Part shown: positions 21,444 through 29,395 of the stretch, piece after piece
How positions within the stretch are numbered: position 1 is the stretch's first letter
Layout of the letters: each line of letters begins with the position of its first letter
NCBI GenBank assembly: GCA_045530725.1
Contig: JAZSCT010000034.1
Coordinates: forward strand, 7,396-71,395
Source: Clostridia bacterium
Lineage (GTDB): Bacteria; Bacillota; Clostridia; UMGS1810
Direction of reading: 5' to 3'
Length of the DNA stretch: 64,000 nt
Notes under the pieces: model-generated
What the model was told of the DNA's origin: nothing
The model's database searches: none
The model's input: only the letters and a program-made list of their open reading frames with translations
Made by a program: the position numbers and the translations under genes

Positions 21444-22289
21444 TTATTTTGAGATTACTGCTACTGTCATCTTCACAAATGCTTCCTTTATGAGAGGAAG
21501 TTTCGCCAATGGACTGAAGAAATTTCTCAAAGGAATCTCTGCATAGTATTCAGGCTTGAGATTAAGTTTTTTCATAATATTATTAAATCTCTTTACAGTC
21601 ATTTTATTTATATAGGATATGGTCTCTTTTCCGTTTTTGTCTTTGGAAAATCTGAATTTGATTCTGTCTTCTCCGTCAGGAATTCCCACCATAAGATCTT
21701 TGTATGCGTCAATCATTGTTTTTTCACTAAAGAAAAGATGTACCCAGGGAATGCCTATCACATCAGAAAGATGTGCTCCGAATGGGTGATGATATGGACA
21801 GAAGTTTATAAACAGTCTTCCGCCGCTCTTAAGCACTCGCATACATTCTTTCACCACTTCTTCAGGCTCTGCCACATGCTCCATAGAGTCGTTCATAATG
21901 ATTGTGTCGAAGGTGCCATCTTCAAATTCAAGATTCTTTGCATCACAAAGATGAAACTGAAATTTATCTTCTAGTCCTTTTTCTATACTTAATTTCTTTG
22001 ATTCTTCTCTGTAACGCTCCACCACATCTGCTCCGTGGACCATCTTTGCGCCAAGTGATGCATAATAGAGAGACTTACCTGCAGCACCACAACCTATATC
22101 CAGAACAGTTTTGTCCTTAAACATATCAGAAGTTGAGTACTTTTCTGTATAAAATTTGATTGTTTCACTTCCCTTTTCAAACTGCCATTGAGCATAGGTC
22201 ATCTTGCCTTCATTCTGAAGATTGAAAGGATGAACGGGAAGGGGAAACAATTTATTTACCTTTAATAATAATGATTTTGAAAAAGACAT
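21444..22289 (-). CDS. class I SAM-dependent methyltransferase
   Basis: Motif I VLDIGCGAAGKS and post-I GADVV. Start moved to ATG 22289 (MSFSKS), 9 nt after GAGGT. Confidence 0.8.
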   Translation of the reverse strand: MSFSKSLLLKVNKLFPLPVHPFNLQNEGKMTYAQWQFEKGSETIKFYTEKYSTSDMFKDKTVLDIGCGAAGKSLYYASLGAKMVHGADVVERYREESKKLSIEKGLEDKFQFHLCDAKNLEFEDGTFDTIIMNDSMEHVAEPEEVVKECMRVLKSGGRLFINFCPYHHPFGAHLSDVIGIPWVHLFFSEKTMIDAYKDLMVGIPDGEDRIKFRFSKDKNGKETISYINKMTVKRFNNIMKKLNLKPEYYAEIPLRNFFSPLAKLPLIKEAFVKMTVAVISK

Positions 22290-22355
22290 ATTACATACCT
22301 CATAATTTATTATTACCATTAATATACCACAAATAAGAAAAAAAGTAAATAATAT

Positions 22356-22384
22356 TTGAATTATATGTTTAAGTGGTGTATAAT
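22356..22384 (+). promoter_or_regulatory. sigma-A type promoter upstream of the eda remnant and acyltransferase gene
   Basis: TTGAAT 22356-22361, 17-nt spacer, TATAAT 22379-22384. Confidence 0.5.
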
Positions 22385-22427
22385 GATGTCATCGATGATG
22401 AAATCAACTACATATAAGGATAAAAAT

Positions 22428-22685
22428 ATGAAAAAGTTTTATGAACTTGGGTGAGTGAGATTCTTTGAATGCAGCGCAGGACCATTCCCCGATGTGAAGT
22501 TTGTAGCAACAGGCTATCTCGGTGAAGAAGACTTAAAGATAGTATCCGGTAGCAGAATTGCCGCTGCAGGTGGTGTGTGGATGTTCTAGGGAGAAAGTGA
22601 CCATACAGTTGTCAGCGAAGAAGAAATCATTGCCTGTCTTAACCGCAGTATAAAGATTGCAAAAGGATATGAGGCAGGAATTTAA
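22428..22685 (+). pseudogene. remnant of a KDPG/KHG aldolase (Eda-like) gene
   Basis: One 86-codon frame: MKKFYELG-TGA-VRFFECSAGPFPDVKFVATGYLGEEDLKIVSGSRIAAAGGVWMF-TAG-GESDHTVVSEEEIIACLNRSIKIAKGYEAGI-TAA. The GPFPxVKFxxTG...GG.W part matches the Eda C-terminus. In-frame stops at 22452 and 22587, and the N-terminal two-thirds is missing. Confidence 0.6.
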
Positions 22686-22731
22686 AATAATAAAAACTTT
22701 TCATAAATAAAAAGGCGATGGAGGTGAGAGA

Positions 22732-24021
22732 ATGAAAAAACATGATAAAAAACCATTAAGTTGGGTGAGGCTGGATAATGCGGCAAAGATTTATCCTGCT
22801 ATAAGGCGACGTAACTGGAGCAATGTGTTTCGTCAGTCGGCAACCCTCAGAGATGATGTTGACAAAGAAGTTCTTTCATCAGCACTTAATGTAGTGGTAA
22901 AAAGATTTCCCACTATCGCTGCAAGGCTCAGAAAGGGTGCTTTCTGGTTTTATCTTCAAGAGATAGATTCACCACCTGAGATTATGGATGAATTCAGTTA
23001 CCCTCTTACCTTTATGAGCAATAGCGAGATGAGAAAGTGTGCTTTTCGTGTGATTGTGTACAAAAACCGTATAGCAGTAGAGTTTTTTCATTCCTTATCC
23101 GATGGCACAGGCGCTCTTGTGTTCTTAAAAAATCTTATAGCAGAATACCTTGAGCAAAAATATGATATAACCATACCCTTAGAAGATGGAATAGTTGACA
23201 GAAGAGAAATGCCACGAAAAGAAGAAACCGAAGATTGTTTCTTAAAATATGCAGGAAATGTTCCTCTGTCACGAAGGGATACCAATGCCTGGCATATGAC
23301 GGGAGAACCTGAAGCAAACGGATATCTCAATCTTACCTGTTTCAAACTTCCTGTAGATCAGGTTCTGTCTAAGGCGCGTGAGTATAATGCCACACTTACC
23401 ACATTTCTGGGAGCCGTTATGATGAAAGCCCTGGAAAATCTCCAGAGAGAAAAAGTCCCCTCATCCAGAAAACAAAAACCCGTGAAACTCCTTATCCCTG
23501 TGAACTTAAGGAAACTGTATCCAAGCGAAACCTTAAGAAACTTCGCTATGTTTACCATTCCTGAAATAGACCCAAGACAGGGAGAGTATACTCTTGATGA
23601 AATAATCAAAGTGATCTACCACAAAATGGGTGCAGAGTTTACTCCCAAGCATATGGCAGGGGTAATTGCGGCAAATGTGAAGGATGAGAAGAATTTATTC
23701 TTGAGAATTGTTCCTCTGCCTATCAAAAACGCGGTAATGAAAGCGGTATTTGACAGAGTAGGCGAAGTGAAGAGTTGTCTCAATCTTTCAAATATGGGAG
23801 ATGTGAAACTTCCCGATGTTATGAAAAAATACGTGACACGTATGGACTTTATTCTCGGAGTTCAGGCAGCCGCACCGTATAACTGCGGCGTATTGTCCTA
23901 TAATGGTACTGTGTATTTTAATTTCATAAGGAATATATGTGAGCCTGTCCTTGAAAGACATTTCTACGAAGTATTGAAAGGGCTTGGAATTGATGTTGTT
24001 CTTCAAAGCAACAGAAAGTGA
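22732..24021 (+). CDS. condensation-domain-like acyltransferase (HxxxD family, COG4908-like)
   Basis: 429-aa ORF with a GGAGGTGAGAG SD. Carries the catalytic-type motif FFHSLSDGTGALVF (HxxxDG) about 115 aa in. The N-terminal WVRLDNAAKIYPA is typical of this uncharacterised family. Confidence 0.6.
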   Translation: MKKHDKKPLSWVRLDNAAKIYPAIRRRNWSNVFRQSATLRDDVDKEVLSSALNVVVKRFPTIAARLRKGAFWFYLQEIDSPPEIMDEFSYPLTFMSNSEMRKCAFRVIVYKNRIAVEFFHSLSDGTGALVFLKNLIAEYLEQKYDITIPLEDGIVDRREMPRKEETEDCFLKYAGNVPLSRRDTNAWHMTGEPEANGYLNLTCFKLPVDQVLSKAREYNATLTTFLGAVMMKALENLQREKVPSSRKQKPVKLLIPVNLRKLYPSETLRNFAMFTIPEIDPRQGEYTLDEIIKVIYHKMGAEFTPKHMAGVIAANVKDEKNLFLRIVPLPIKNAVMKAVFDRVGEVKSCLNLSNMGDVKLPDVMKKYVTRMDFILGVQAAAPYNCGVLSYNGTVYFNFIRNICEPVLERHFYEVLKGLGIDVVLQSNRK

Positions 24022-24030
24022 GATATAAAA

Positions 24031-24723
24031 ATGTATTGTATAAATTGTGGTGCAAAACTTGATATAAGTGAAGATATATGTCCTTTGTGCTCTACAAGTG
24101 TCCATCATCCTGACATAAAGGTCGAATATGAAAAAAGACTTTATCCAAAAGGCAGGATGCCTGAGATAACCCACCGTTCAAAAGCATTTAACGGTGCGGT
24201 GATTATAATGTTTCTTATTCCCCTGGTGGTGTCATTTCTTGCGGATTTTCATTTTGACAAAGAAGTGGGATGGTTCTGGTATGTATTGGGCGCTCTCATT
24301 ATGGGCTATACTGCATTTGCTCTTCCTTTGTGGTTTAAAAGACCTAACCCCGTCATTTTCACTCCATGTGTATTTGCCGAGGCAATAGGATATCTGTTGT
24401 ACATAAATTGTATAACAGACGGCGACTGGTTTTTAAGTTTTGCCTTCCCTGTAGCAGGAGGATTCGGAATCATTGCAACTACGGTTGTTACCTTACTTTA
24501 TTATATTAAGAAGGGCAAACTATATATATGGGGCGGAGCATTTATGCTTAGCGGTGGGTTTATCGTTCTGATAGAATTTTTTGTATCAGTTACTTTCGGC
24601 ATAGGATTTATCGGATGGTCGGTTTTTCCTTTTTCGGTACTTATTCTGCTAGGCGGGCTTATGTTTTATCTGGCAATTAACAAAAGTGCAAGAGAAGCAA
24701 TGGAAAGAAAACTTTTCTTTTAA
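24031..24723 (+). CDS. zinc-ribbon domain membrane protein
   Basis: N-terminal CINCGAKL...CPLCST zinc ribbon followed by about 5 TM helices. Starts 9 nt after the acyltransferase stop. Confidence 0.65.
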   Translation: MYCINCGAKLDISEDICPLCSTSVHHPDIKVEYEKRLYPKGRMPEITHRSKAFNGAVIIMFLIPLVVSFLADFHFDKEVGWFWYVLGALIMGYTAFALPLWFKRPNPVIFTPCVFAEAIGYLLYINCITDGDWFLSFAFPVAGGFGIIATTVVTLLYYIKKGKLYIWGGAFMLSGGFIVLIEFFVSVTFGIGFIGWSVFPFSVLILLGGLMFYLAINKSAREAMERKLFF

Positions 24724-24764
24724 GAAATTATTTGTAAATACAACAGTATTTCAGGAGAATATAT

Positions 24765-25895
24765 ATGAAAGAAATTACAATCGGTATGGTAGGTTTTGGC
24801 TTTATGGGAAAGATGCATACCTATGGCTACAAGACGATCCCATTATATTATGAAGATATACCCTTTAAGATTAATCTTAAGTGGATATGCACATCCAACG
24901 AAGAAACTGCAGGAAAAGCGATGGAACGTGGTGGGTTTGAAAAATGCACCACAGATTTTAATGACCTTTTAAATGATGAAAGTGTTGATGTGATAGACAT
25001 CTGTACTCCCAATTCACTTCATAAGGATGAGATTATAAAAGCACTTAAAATGGGCAAAAAAGTTTACTGTGACAAACCTCTCACAGTGACTTTCGATGAG
25101 GCAAAAGAAGTTGTGGAGGTTGAAAAGGATACAGGAAACATTATAAATCAGGTTACATTTCACAACAGATTCTATCCTGCTACTATTAAGGCAAAGAGAC
25201 TTGTGGAAGAAGGGAAGATAGGGAAGGTACTTACATTCGAAGGCAAGTTTCTTCATTCGGGAAATATAGATGCTACAAAGGGTATGAACTGGAAACAGGA
25301 CAAGGAATTCGGTGGCGGGGTACTGAGAGACCTGGGGTCGCATATCATAGATATTCTGTATTATCTTATGGGCGAATTTGACGAAATCTTCTGCCGCATA
25401 CAGAATATAAGACCTACACGTCTTCACAAGGACGGAGGATTGTGTGATAATGCAGGCGAGGATAGTGCATATATGAGCGTTGTTACAAAGGATGGTGCTG
25501 TAGGAAATATCACTTGCACCAAGATTGCCACAGGATCAAATGATGAACTTAGTTTTGCCATATACGGAGAAAAGGGTGCCATAAGATTTAATCTTATGGA
25601 TTCAAACTATCTTGAATATTTCGATAATACACTACCCGAAGAAGACCTTGGAGGTATTAGAGGATTTAAGAAAATCGAATGTGTGCAAAGATATGAATAC
25701 CCTGCGGGGGTATTTCCAAGTCCAAAAAGTTCTATAGGATGGACGAGAGGGCATGTGCATTGCCTATATAACTTCCTTGACTGTGTGTATAATAACAAAA
25801 AACCATCCCCTTCATTCAAAGAGGCGGCTTATGTTCAGTACATTATGGACAAAGCATATGAAAGTGCTGAGGGAAATGTGAGTCTTAAGGTGTGA
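24765..25895 (+). CDS. Gfo/Idh/MocA family oxidoreductase
   Basis: N-terminal Rossmann motif IGMVGFGFMGKMH, plus DVIDICTPNSLH and VYCDKPL. Confidence 0.85.
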   Translation: MKEITIGMVGFGFMGKMHTYGYKTIPLYYEDIPFKINLKWICTSNEETAGKAMERGGFEKCTTDFNDLLNDESVDVIDICTPNSLHKDEIIKALKMGKKVYCDKPLTVTFDEAKEVVEVEKDTGNIINQVTFHNRFYPATIKAKRLVEEGKIGKVLTFEGKFLHSGNIDATKGMNWKQDKEFGGGVLRDLGSHIIDILYYLMGEFDEIFCRIQNIRPTRLHKDGGLCDNAGEDSAYMSVVTKDGAVGNITCTKIATGSNDELSFAIYGEKGAIRFNLMDSNYLEYFDNTLPEEDLGGIRGFKKIECVQRYEYPAGVFPSPKSSIGWTRGHVHCLYNFLDCVYNNKKPSPSFKEAAYVQYIMDKAYESAEGNVSLKV

Positions 25896-25980
25896 TATAA
25901 TAATGATAACATACACCTGAGTGGTGATTACATACCGCACAAGTATTGTGCGGATTATATACCAATCCTTTGGATTGGAT

Positions 25981-26015
25981 AAAAAAATAAAGCGTTTGTA
26001 ACGCTTTATTTTTTT
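25981..26015. terminator. bidirectional terminator
   Basis: Perfect 16-bp stem AAAAAAATAAAGCGTT/AACGCTTTATTTTTTT with a TGT loop. Smaller hairpins precede it at 25935-25953 and 25962-25978. Confidence 0.7.
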
Positions 26016-26206
26016 GGTGCGGAGTGTTCTTATAGGATTTACTCACAAATGCCGTAAAATCAAGGGTTTCAGGCTTTGTATTTTATAAAATAAGTGTTTT
26101 GCAAAGCAAAACTACAATCATCTTTTCTCTATTCTCTTTTATCTCTTATATGGAAACGACAATTTTAGTGAAGAGTGAAGAGAGAAAAGTTAAAAGATAA
26201 GAGTAC

Positions 26207-26247
26207 AAAAAGAAACGACAACTTTCTTGTTGAAAATTGTCGTTTCT
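26207..26247 (-). terminator. terminator of tRNA-Gly
   Basis: Stem AGAAACGACAA(c)TTT / AAA(a)TTGTCGTTTCT with a CTTGTTG loop, directly 3' of the tRNA, then TTTTTGT on the minus strand. Confidence 0.7.
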
Positions 26248-26250
26248 TTT

Positions 26251-26325
26251 TGGAGCGGAAGACGAGATTCGAACTCGCGACGTTCACCTTGGCAAGGTGA
26301 CGCTCTACCACTGAGCCACTCCCGC
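26251..26325 (-). tRNA. tRNA-Gly (anticodon GCC), CCA encoded
   Basis: Reverse complement GCGGGAGTGGCTCAGTGGTAGAGCGTCACCTTGCCAAGGTGAACGTCGCGAGTTCGAATCTCGTCTTCCGCTCCA folds by hand into a cloverleaf: 7-bp acceptor stem, GCTC/GAGC D stem, TCACC/GGTGA anticodon stem with loop TTGCCAA, and a GTTCGAATC T loop. Confidence 0.93.
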
Positions 26326-26366
26326 AAATGCATTAATGAAGGTGTATCTCTCACCTACATTAATGC

Positions 26367-26395
26367 ATTATACCAACTTTTTATTTAATTGTCAA
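26367..26395 (-). promoter_or_regulatory. consensus sigma-A promoter for tRNA-Gly
   Basis: On the minus strand: TTGACA (26395-26390), 17-nt spacer, TATAAT (26372-26367). Confidence 0.65.
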
Positions 26396-26426
26396 GACTT
26401 TTTTTCATTATCCGATAATATTTATA

Positions 26427-26567
26427 TTATTTTTCGTTTTTATATTCTTTTTCGTTATTATTCTTCAAGTTATTATTTTTGTTTTCTTTTTTGTTGTCGA
26501 AATTATTGTTCTGTTTGTTATTCTGATTATTCTTATTATTTTCTTTGTTATTAAAATTATCTGACAC
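26427..26567 (-). CDS. candidate 46-aa Asn/Lys-rich micro-protein (GTG start)
   Basis: GGAGGTGA lies 8 nt upstream of GTG 26567. Hand translation: MSDNFNNKENNKNNQNNKQNNNFDNKKENKNNNLKNNNEKEYKNEK, ending at TAA. Too short for the ORF track. Low complexity, so coding status is uncertain. Confidence 0.3.
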   Translation of the reverse strand: MSDNFNNKENNKNNQNNKQNNNFDNKKENKNNNLKNNNEKEYKNEK

Positions 26568-26616
26568 AAATATCACCTCCTGAAAATATTTTGAACAATA
26601 AATTCAAATATATACT

Positions 26617-26646
26617 TTGTATCAAAATGAAATAATTGGTTAAAAT
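26617..26646 (+). promoter_or_regulatory. possible veg promoter
   Basis: TTGTAT 26617-26622, 18-nt spacer, TAAAAT 26641-26646. An AAAGGAG SD lies at 26654-26660. Confidence 0.35.
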
Positions 26647-26673
26647 ATTTTTGAAAGGAGTGCATATCAGAAT

Positions 26674-26910
26674 ATGAAGACTCAACTTGATATTATAAAA
26701 GAAAATGTAGAAAAAAAGATAGGAACCAATATAAAAATCGTATCCAAAAAAGGAAAACGACAAATCATCACAAAAACCGGTGTAATAACCCATGCATATC
26801 CTGGTGTTTTTGTTGTGAAAGTATTTGAAAATAACAACCGTGAATCAGTTGCATCCTATTCTTATTCGGATATTCTTACAAAAGCTGTTAAATTATCCAA
26901 TATAAATTAA
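26674..26910 (+). CDS. veg: Veg protein (biofilm formation stimulator)
   Basis: The 78-aa product aligns by eye with B. subtilis Veg: ...GKRQIITKTGVITHAYPGVFVVKV...ESVASYSYSDILTKAVKL. Confidence 0.85.
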   Translation: MKTQLDIIKENVEKKIGTNIKIVSKKGKRQIITKTGVITHAYPGVFVVKVFENNNRESVASYSYSDILTKAVKLSNIN

Positions 26911-26940
26911 ATGGACTGTAAAAACTTTTTTACAGTCCAT
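26911..26940. terminator. bidirectional terminator between veg and icd
   Basis: 14-bp stem ATGGACTGTAAAAA/TTTTTACAGTCCAT with a CT loop, lying between convergent genes. Confidence 0.75.
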
Positions 26941-26949
26941 TTAATTATG

Positions 26950-28167
26950 TTAAGCATTTAAGTATGATGCAAGTTTTTCTCTGACTGCTTTTAAGAAATC
27001 TTCGCTGTTTACTTTCTTTTTGTCAGAAAGTGTAGAGAGAAGATACAGATCACCCGTCATAACGCCTGATTCAATAGTATCAATGGTAGCCTTCTCAAGC
27101 ATATCAGCATAGTTTATAAGGTCAGGAAGATTATCCATCTCTCCCCTCTTTCTGAATGCACCACTCCATGCAAAGATTGTAGCAACAGAGTTAGTAGATG
27201 TTTCCTCACCTTTCAAGTATTTATAATAATGACGCTGAACAGTTCCGTGAGCCGCTTCATATTCATAATACCCTTCAGGAGATACAAGAACACTTGTCAT
27301 CATAGCAAGTGAACCGTATGCAGTAGCAACCATATCGCTCATTACATCGCCATCGTAGTTCTTGCAAGCCCAGATATACCCGCCTTCAGAACGGACAACT
27401 CTTGCAACCGCATCATCGATAAGAGTATAGAAATATTCTATACCAAGTTCGTCAAATTTATCTTTGTACTCAGTTTCAAACACTTCATTGAATATATCTT
27501 TGAAATGATGATCGTATTTTTTGGAAATAGTATCTTTCGTAGCAAACCACAAATCCTGACGCATATCTATCGCATAATTAAAACAACAACGTGCAAAACT
27601 TCTGATGGAATTATCCTTATTGTGAAGTCCCTGAATGATACCATCAGAATCAGAGAAATCGTAAATAAGTTCTTTTGAAGTGGTTCCGTCAGGGTTTTCT
27701 TTAAAAAGATAACATTTAGAACCTTTTTCCACATTCATTTCTACATTCTTATACACATCACCGTATGCGTGACGTGCAATAGTAATAGGCTTGGTCCATG
27801 TGGGGATATATGGAGTGATACCTTTCACTATGATAGGTGTTCTGAAAACTGTACCGTCAAGAATGGCACGAATTGTACCATTTGGTGACTTCCACATTTC
27901 TTTTAAGTTGTATTCTGTCATTCTCTGTGCATTAGGTGTAATTGTAGCACACTTAACAGCAACGCCGTATTTTTTGGTAGCGTTGGCAGAATCAACGGTT
28001 ATCTGATCGTTGGTTTCGTTTCTTTTTTCAAGGCCCAGATCATAATACTCACTCTTAAGATCAACGAAAGGTAAAATCAGATCATCCTTTATCATTTTCC
28101 AGAGAATTCTTGTCATTTCGTCTCCGTCCATTTCAACAAGCGGAGTAGTCATTTTGATTTTTTCCAT
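26950..28167 (-). CDS. icd: NADP-dependent isocitrate dehydrogenase (IDH1-like subfamily)
   Basis: 405-aa ORF with [25 protein letters not shown] and a [13 protein letters not shown]-type C-terminal half. Confidence 0.9.
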   Translation of the reverse strand: MEKIKMTTPLVEMDGDEMTRILWKMIKDDLILPFVDLKSEYYDLGLEKRNETNDQITVDSANATKKYGVAVKCATITPNAQRMTEYNLKEMWKSPNGTIRAILDGTVFRTPIIVKGITPYIPTWTKPITIARHAYGDVYKNVEMNVEKGSKCYLFKENPDGTTSKELIYDFSDSDGIIQGLHNKDNSIRSFARCCFNYAIDMRQDLWFATKDTISKKYDHHFKDIFNEVFETEYKDKFDELGIEYFYTLIDDAVARVVRSEGGYIWACKNYDGDVMSDMVATAYGSLAMMTSVLVSPEGYYEYEAAHGTVQRHYYKYLKGEETSTNSVATIFAWSGAFRKRGEMDNLPDLINYADMLEKATIDTIESGVMTGDLYLLSTLSDKKKVNSEDFLKAVREKLASYLNA

Positions 28168-28293
28168 AATATGAATCTCCTTTTCTGAATGTATTTAACA
28201 GATGTAAATCAAAAAAATTTATTTTATTTTCCTGCCAAAGTAAAAAATTCTTTGTTTGTTCCATAAAAAATATCGGAACGAAAAGATGTCATC

Positions 28294-28401
28294 TTAAGAA
28301 ACCCTTATATTGTATTTACGAAACATTTGGGCAAGTCTTTCGTTCCAAAGAGCGCCGTCATCATAACTGAATGTGATCGCTTTCATTTTTCCGTCAAACA
28401 T
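28294..28401 (-). pseudogene. 35-codon N-terminal fragment of a NodB-type polysaccharide deacetylase
   Basis: Hand translation is MFDGKMKAITFSYDDGALWNERLAQMFRKYNIRVS, ending at a stop. The (T/S)FDDG-type motif and the KYNI segment match the start of deacetylase domains. The rest of the gene is absent. Confidence 0.4.
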
Positions 28402-28477
28402 ATAAGACCACTCCCATTTAAAAAATTCTCTTTATATACTAATACAAAACTGTATTTTTGTCAACAAAAATGAGGGT

Positions 28478-28506
28478 TTGACTTATGATGGTTTTAATGA
28501 TAAAAT
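28478..28506 (+). promoter_or_regulatory. sigma-A type promoter for the YigZ-family gene
   Basis: TTGACT 28478-28483, 17-nt spacer, TAAAAT 28501-28506. Confidence 0.5.
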
Positions 28507-28532
28507 TCATATAAATAAACTTAACAGGAGAA

Positions 28533-29150
28533 ATGGAATTGGAAAAATATATTACAGTAAGTCAGTATGCATCAGATGAGATATGTGAAAAGAAATCCCG
28601 ATTTATCGCATATATGACTCATATTGAGACAAAAGAAGAGGCAGAAGAATTTATTTCATCTATAAAAAAGAAACACTATAATGCAAGGCACAATGTATAT
28701 GCATATATCCTTTCGTCGGGTGAAAAGAAGTATTCTGATGACGGAGAACCATCGAAAACAGGCGGCTTTCCTGTACTTGAAATGCTTGAAAAAGAAAATA
28801 TCACAGACGTGGTGTGTGTTGTGACAAGATATTTCGGAGGGACACTTCTTGGTGTTGGAGGACTTATAAGGGCATATACACTTGCAGCAAAATGTGCTCT
28901 TGATAAGGCAGGTAAAAAAGAAAAACAAATGTGCGATATATTGGAAACCTCCATAAACTATTCTGATCTGGATTCATTTATTCACATTACTGAAGAAATG
29001 AAAATTGAAGTAATAATGAAAGAATATTCAGAAAAGATATCACTCACCCTTTCCTCGCCTGTATCCGAAACAGATATCTACATCAAAAAAATCACCGAAC
29101 AATTCAATGGAAATATTATTCTCACAACCAGAGAAACTGTATTCAACTGA
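28533..29150 (+). CDS. YigZ / IMPACT family protein (UPF0029)
   Basis: 205-aa ORF with the family-typical KKSRFIAYM, ARHNVYAY, DDGEPSKTGG and VVTRYFGGTLLGVGGLIRAY. Confidence 0.85.
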   Translation: MELEKYITVSQYASDEICEKKSRFIAYMTHIETKEEAEEFISSIKKKHYNARHNVYAYILSSGEKKYSDDGEPSKTGGFPVLEMLEKENITDVVCVVTRYFGGTLLGVGGLIRAYTLAAKCALDKAGKKEKQMCDILETSINYSDLDSFIHITEEMKIEVIMKEYSEKISLTLSSPVSETDIYIKKITEQFNGNIILTTRETVFN

Positions 29151-29395
29151 GAGGTATATTTCAGAACAATATTCAAATCCATATACAACACTTCTCCAAT
29201 CAAATATGTAAACGAACTAAAACTTACACGAGCAAAGGAACTTCTTACCGTGGAGGAAATATCAATAAACGATGTTTCGTTTGTGTCAGGTACAATGACA
29301 CAAGCACATTTTCAAGAGAATTCTAAAAACTCACAGGAATAACACCTGCATCATACAGAAAAAATGTTTTTAAACGTAGTGATACAGTCAATTAA
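29151..29395 (+). pseudogene. decayed C-terminal HTH of an AraC-family regulator
   Basis: The first frame reads FRTIFKSIYNTSPIKYVNELKLTRAKELLTVEEISINDVSFVSG...QAHF. It then needs a +1 shift to continue SREF(TAA)KLTGITPASYRKN. It has no N-terminal domain and no start codon. Confidence 0.55.

Noticed and set aside
22452-22589. Stop-codon read-through or recoding (TGA/TAG) in the Eda-like frame
   Set aside because: TGA and TAG serve as genuine stops for neighbouring solid genes (24019-24021 and 55038-55040). The frame lacks two-thirds of the protein, so decay is the simpler explanation.
26336-26554. 72-aa Cys/Tyr/Phe-rich plus-strand ORF
   Set aside because: It starts inside the tRNA-Gly leader palindrome and lacks an SD. 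It is simply the complement of the A-rich Asn/Lys frame, so its composition is an artefact of a T-rich strand.
29148-29342. YigZ-AraC HTH fusion by read-through of the yigZ TGA (same frame)
   Set aside because: The downstream HTH is itself frameshifted, contains an internal TAA and has lost its N-terminal domain. The in-frame placement has a one-in-three chance by accident.
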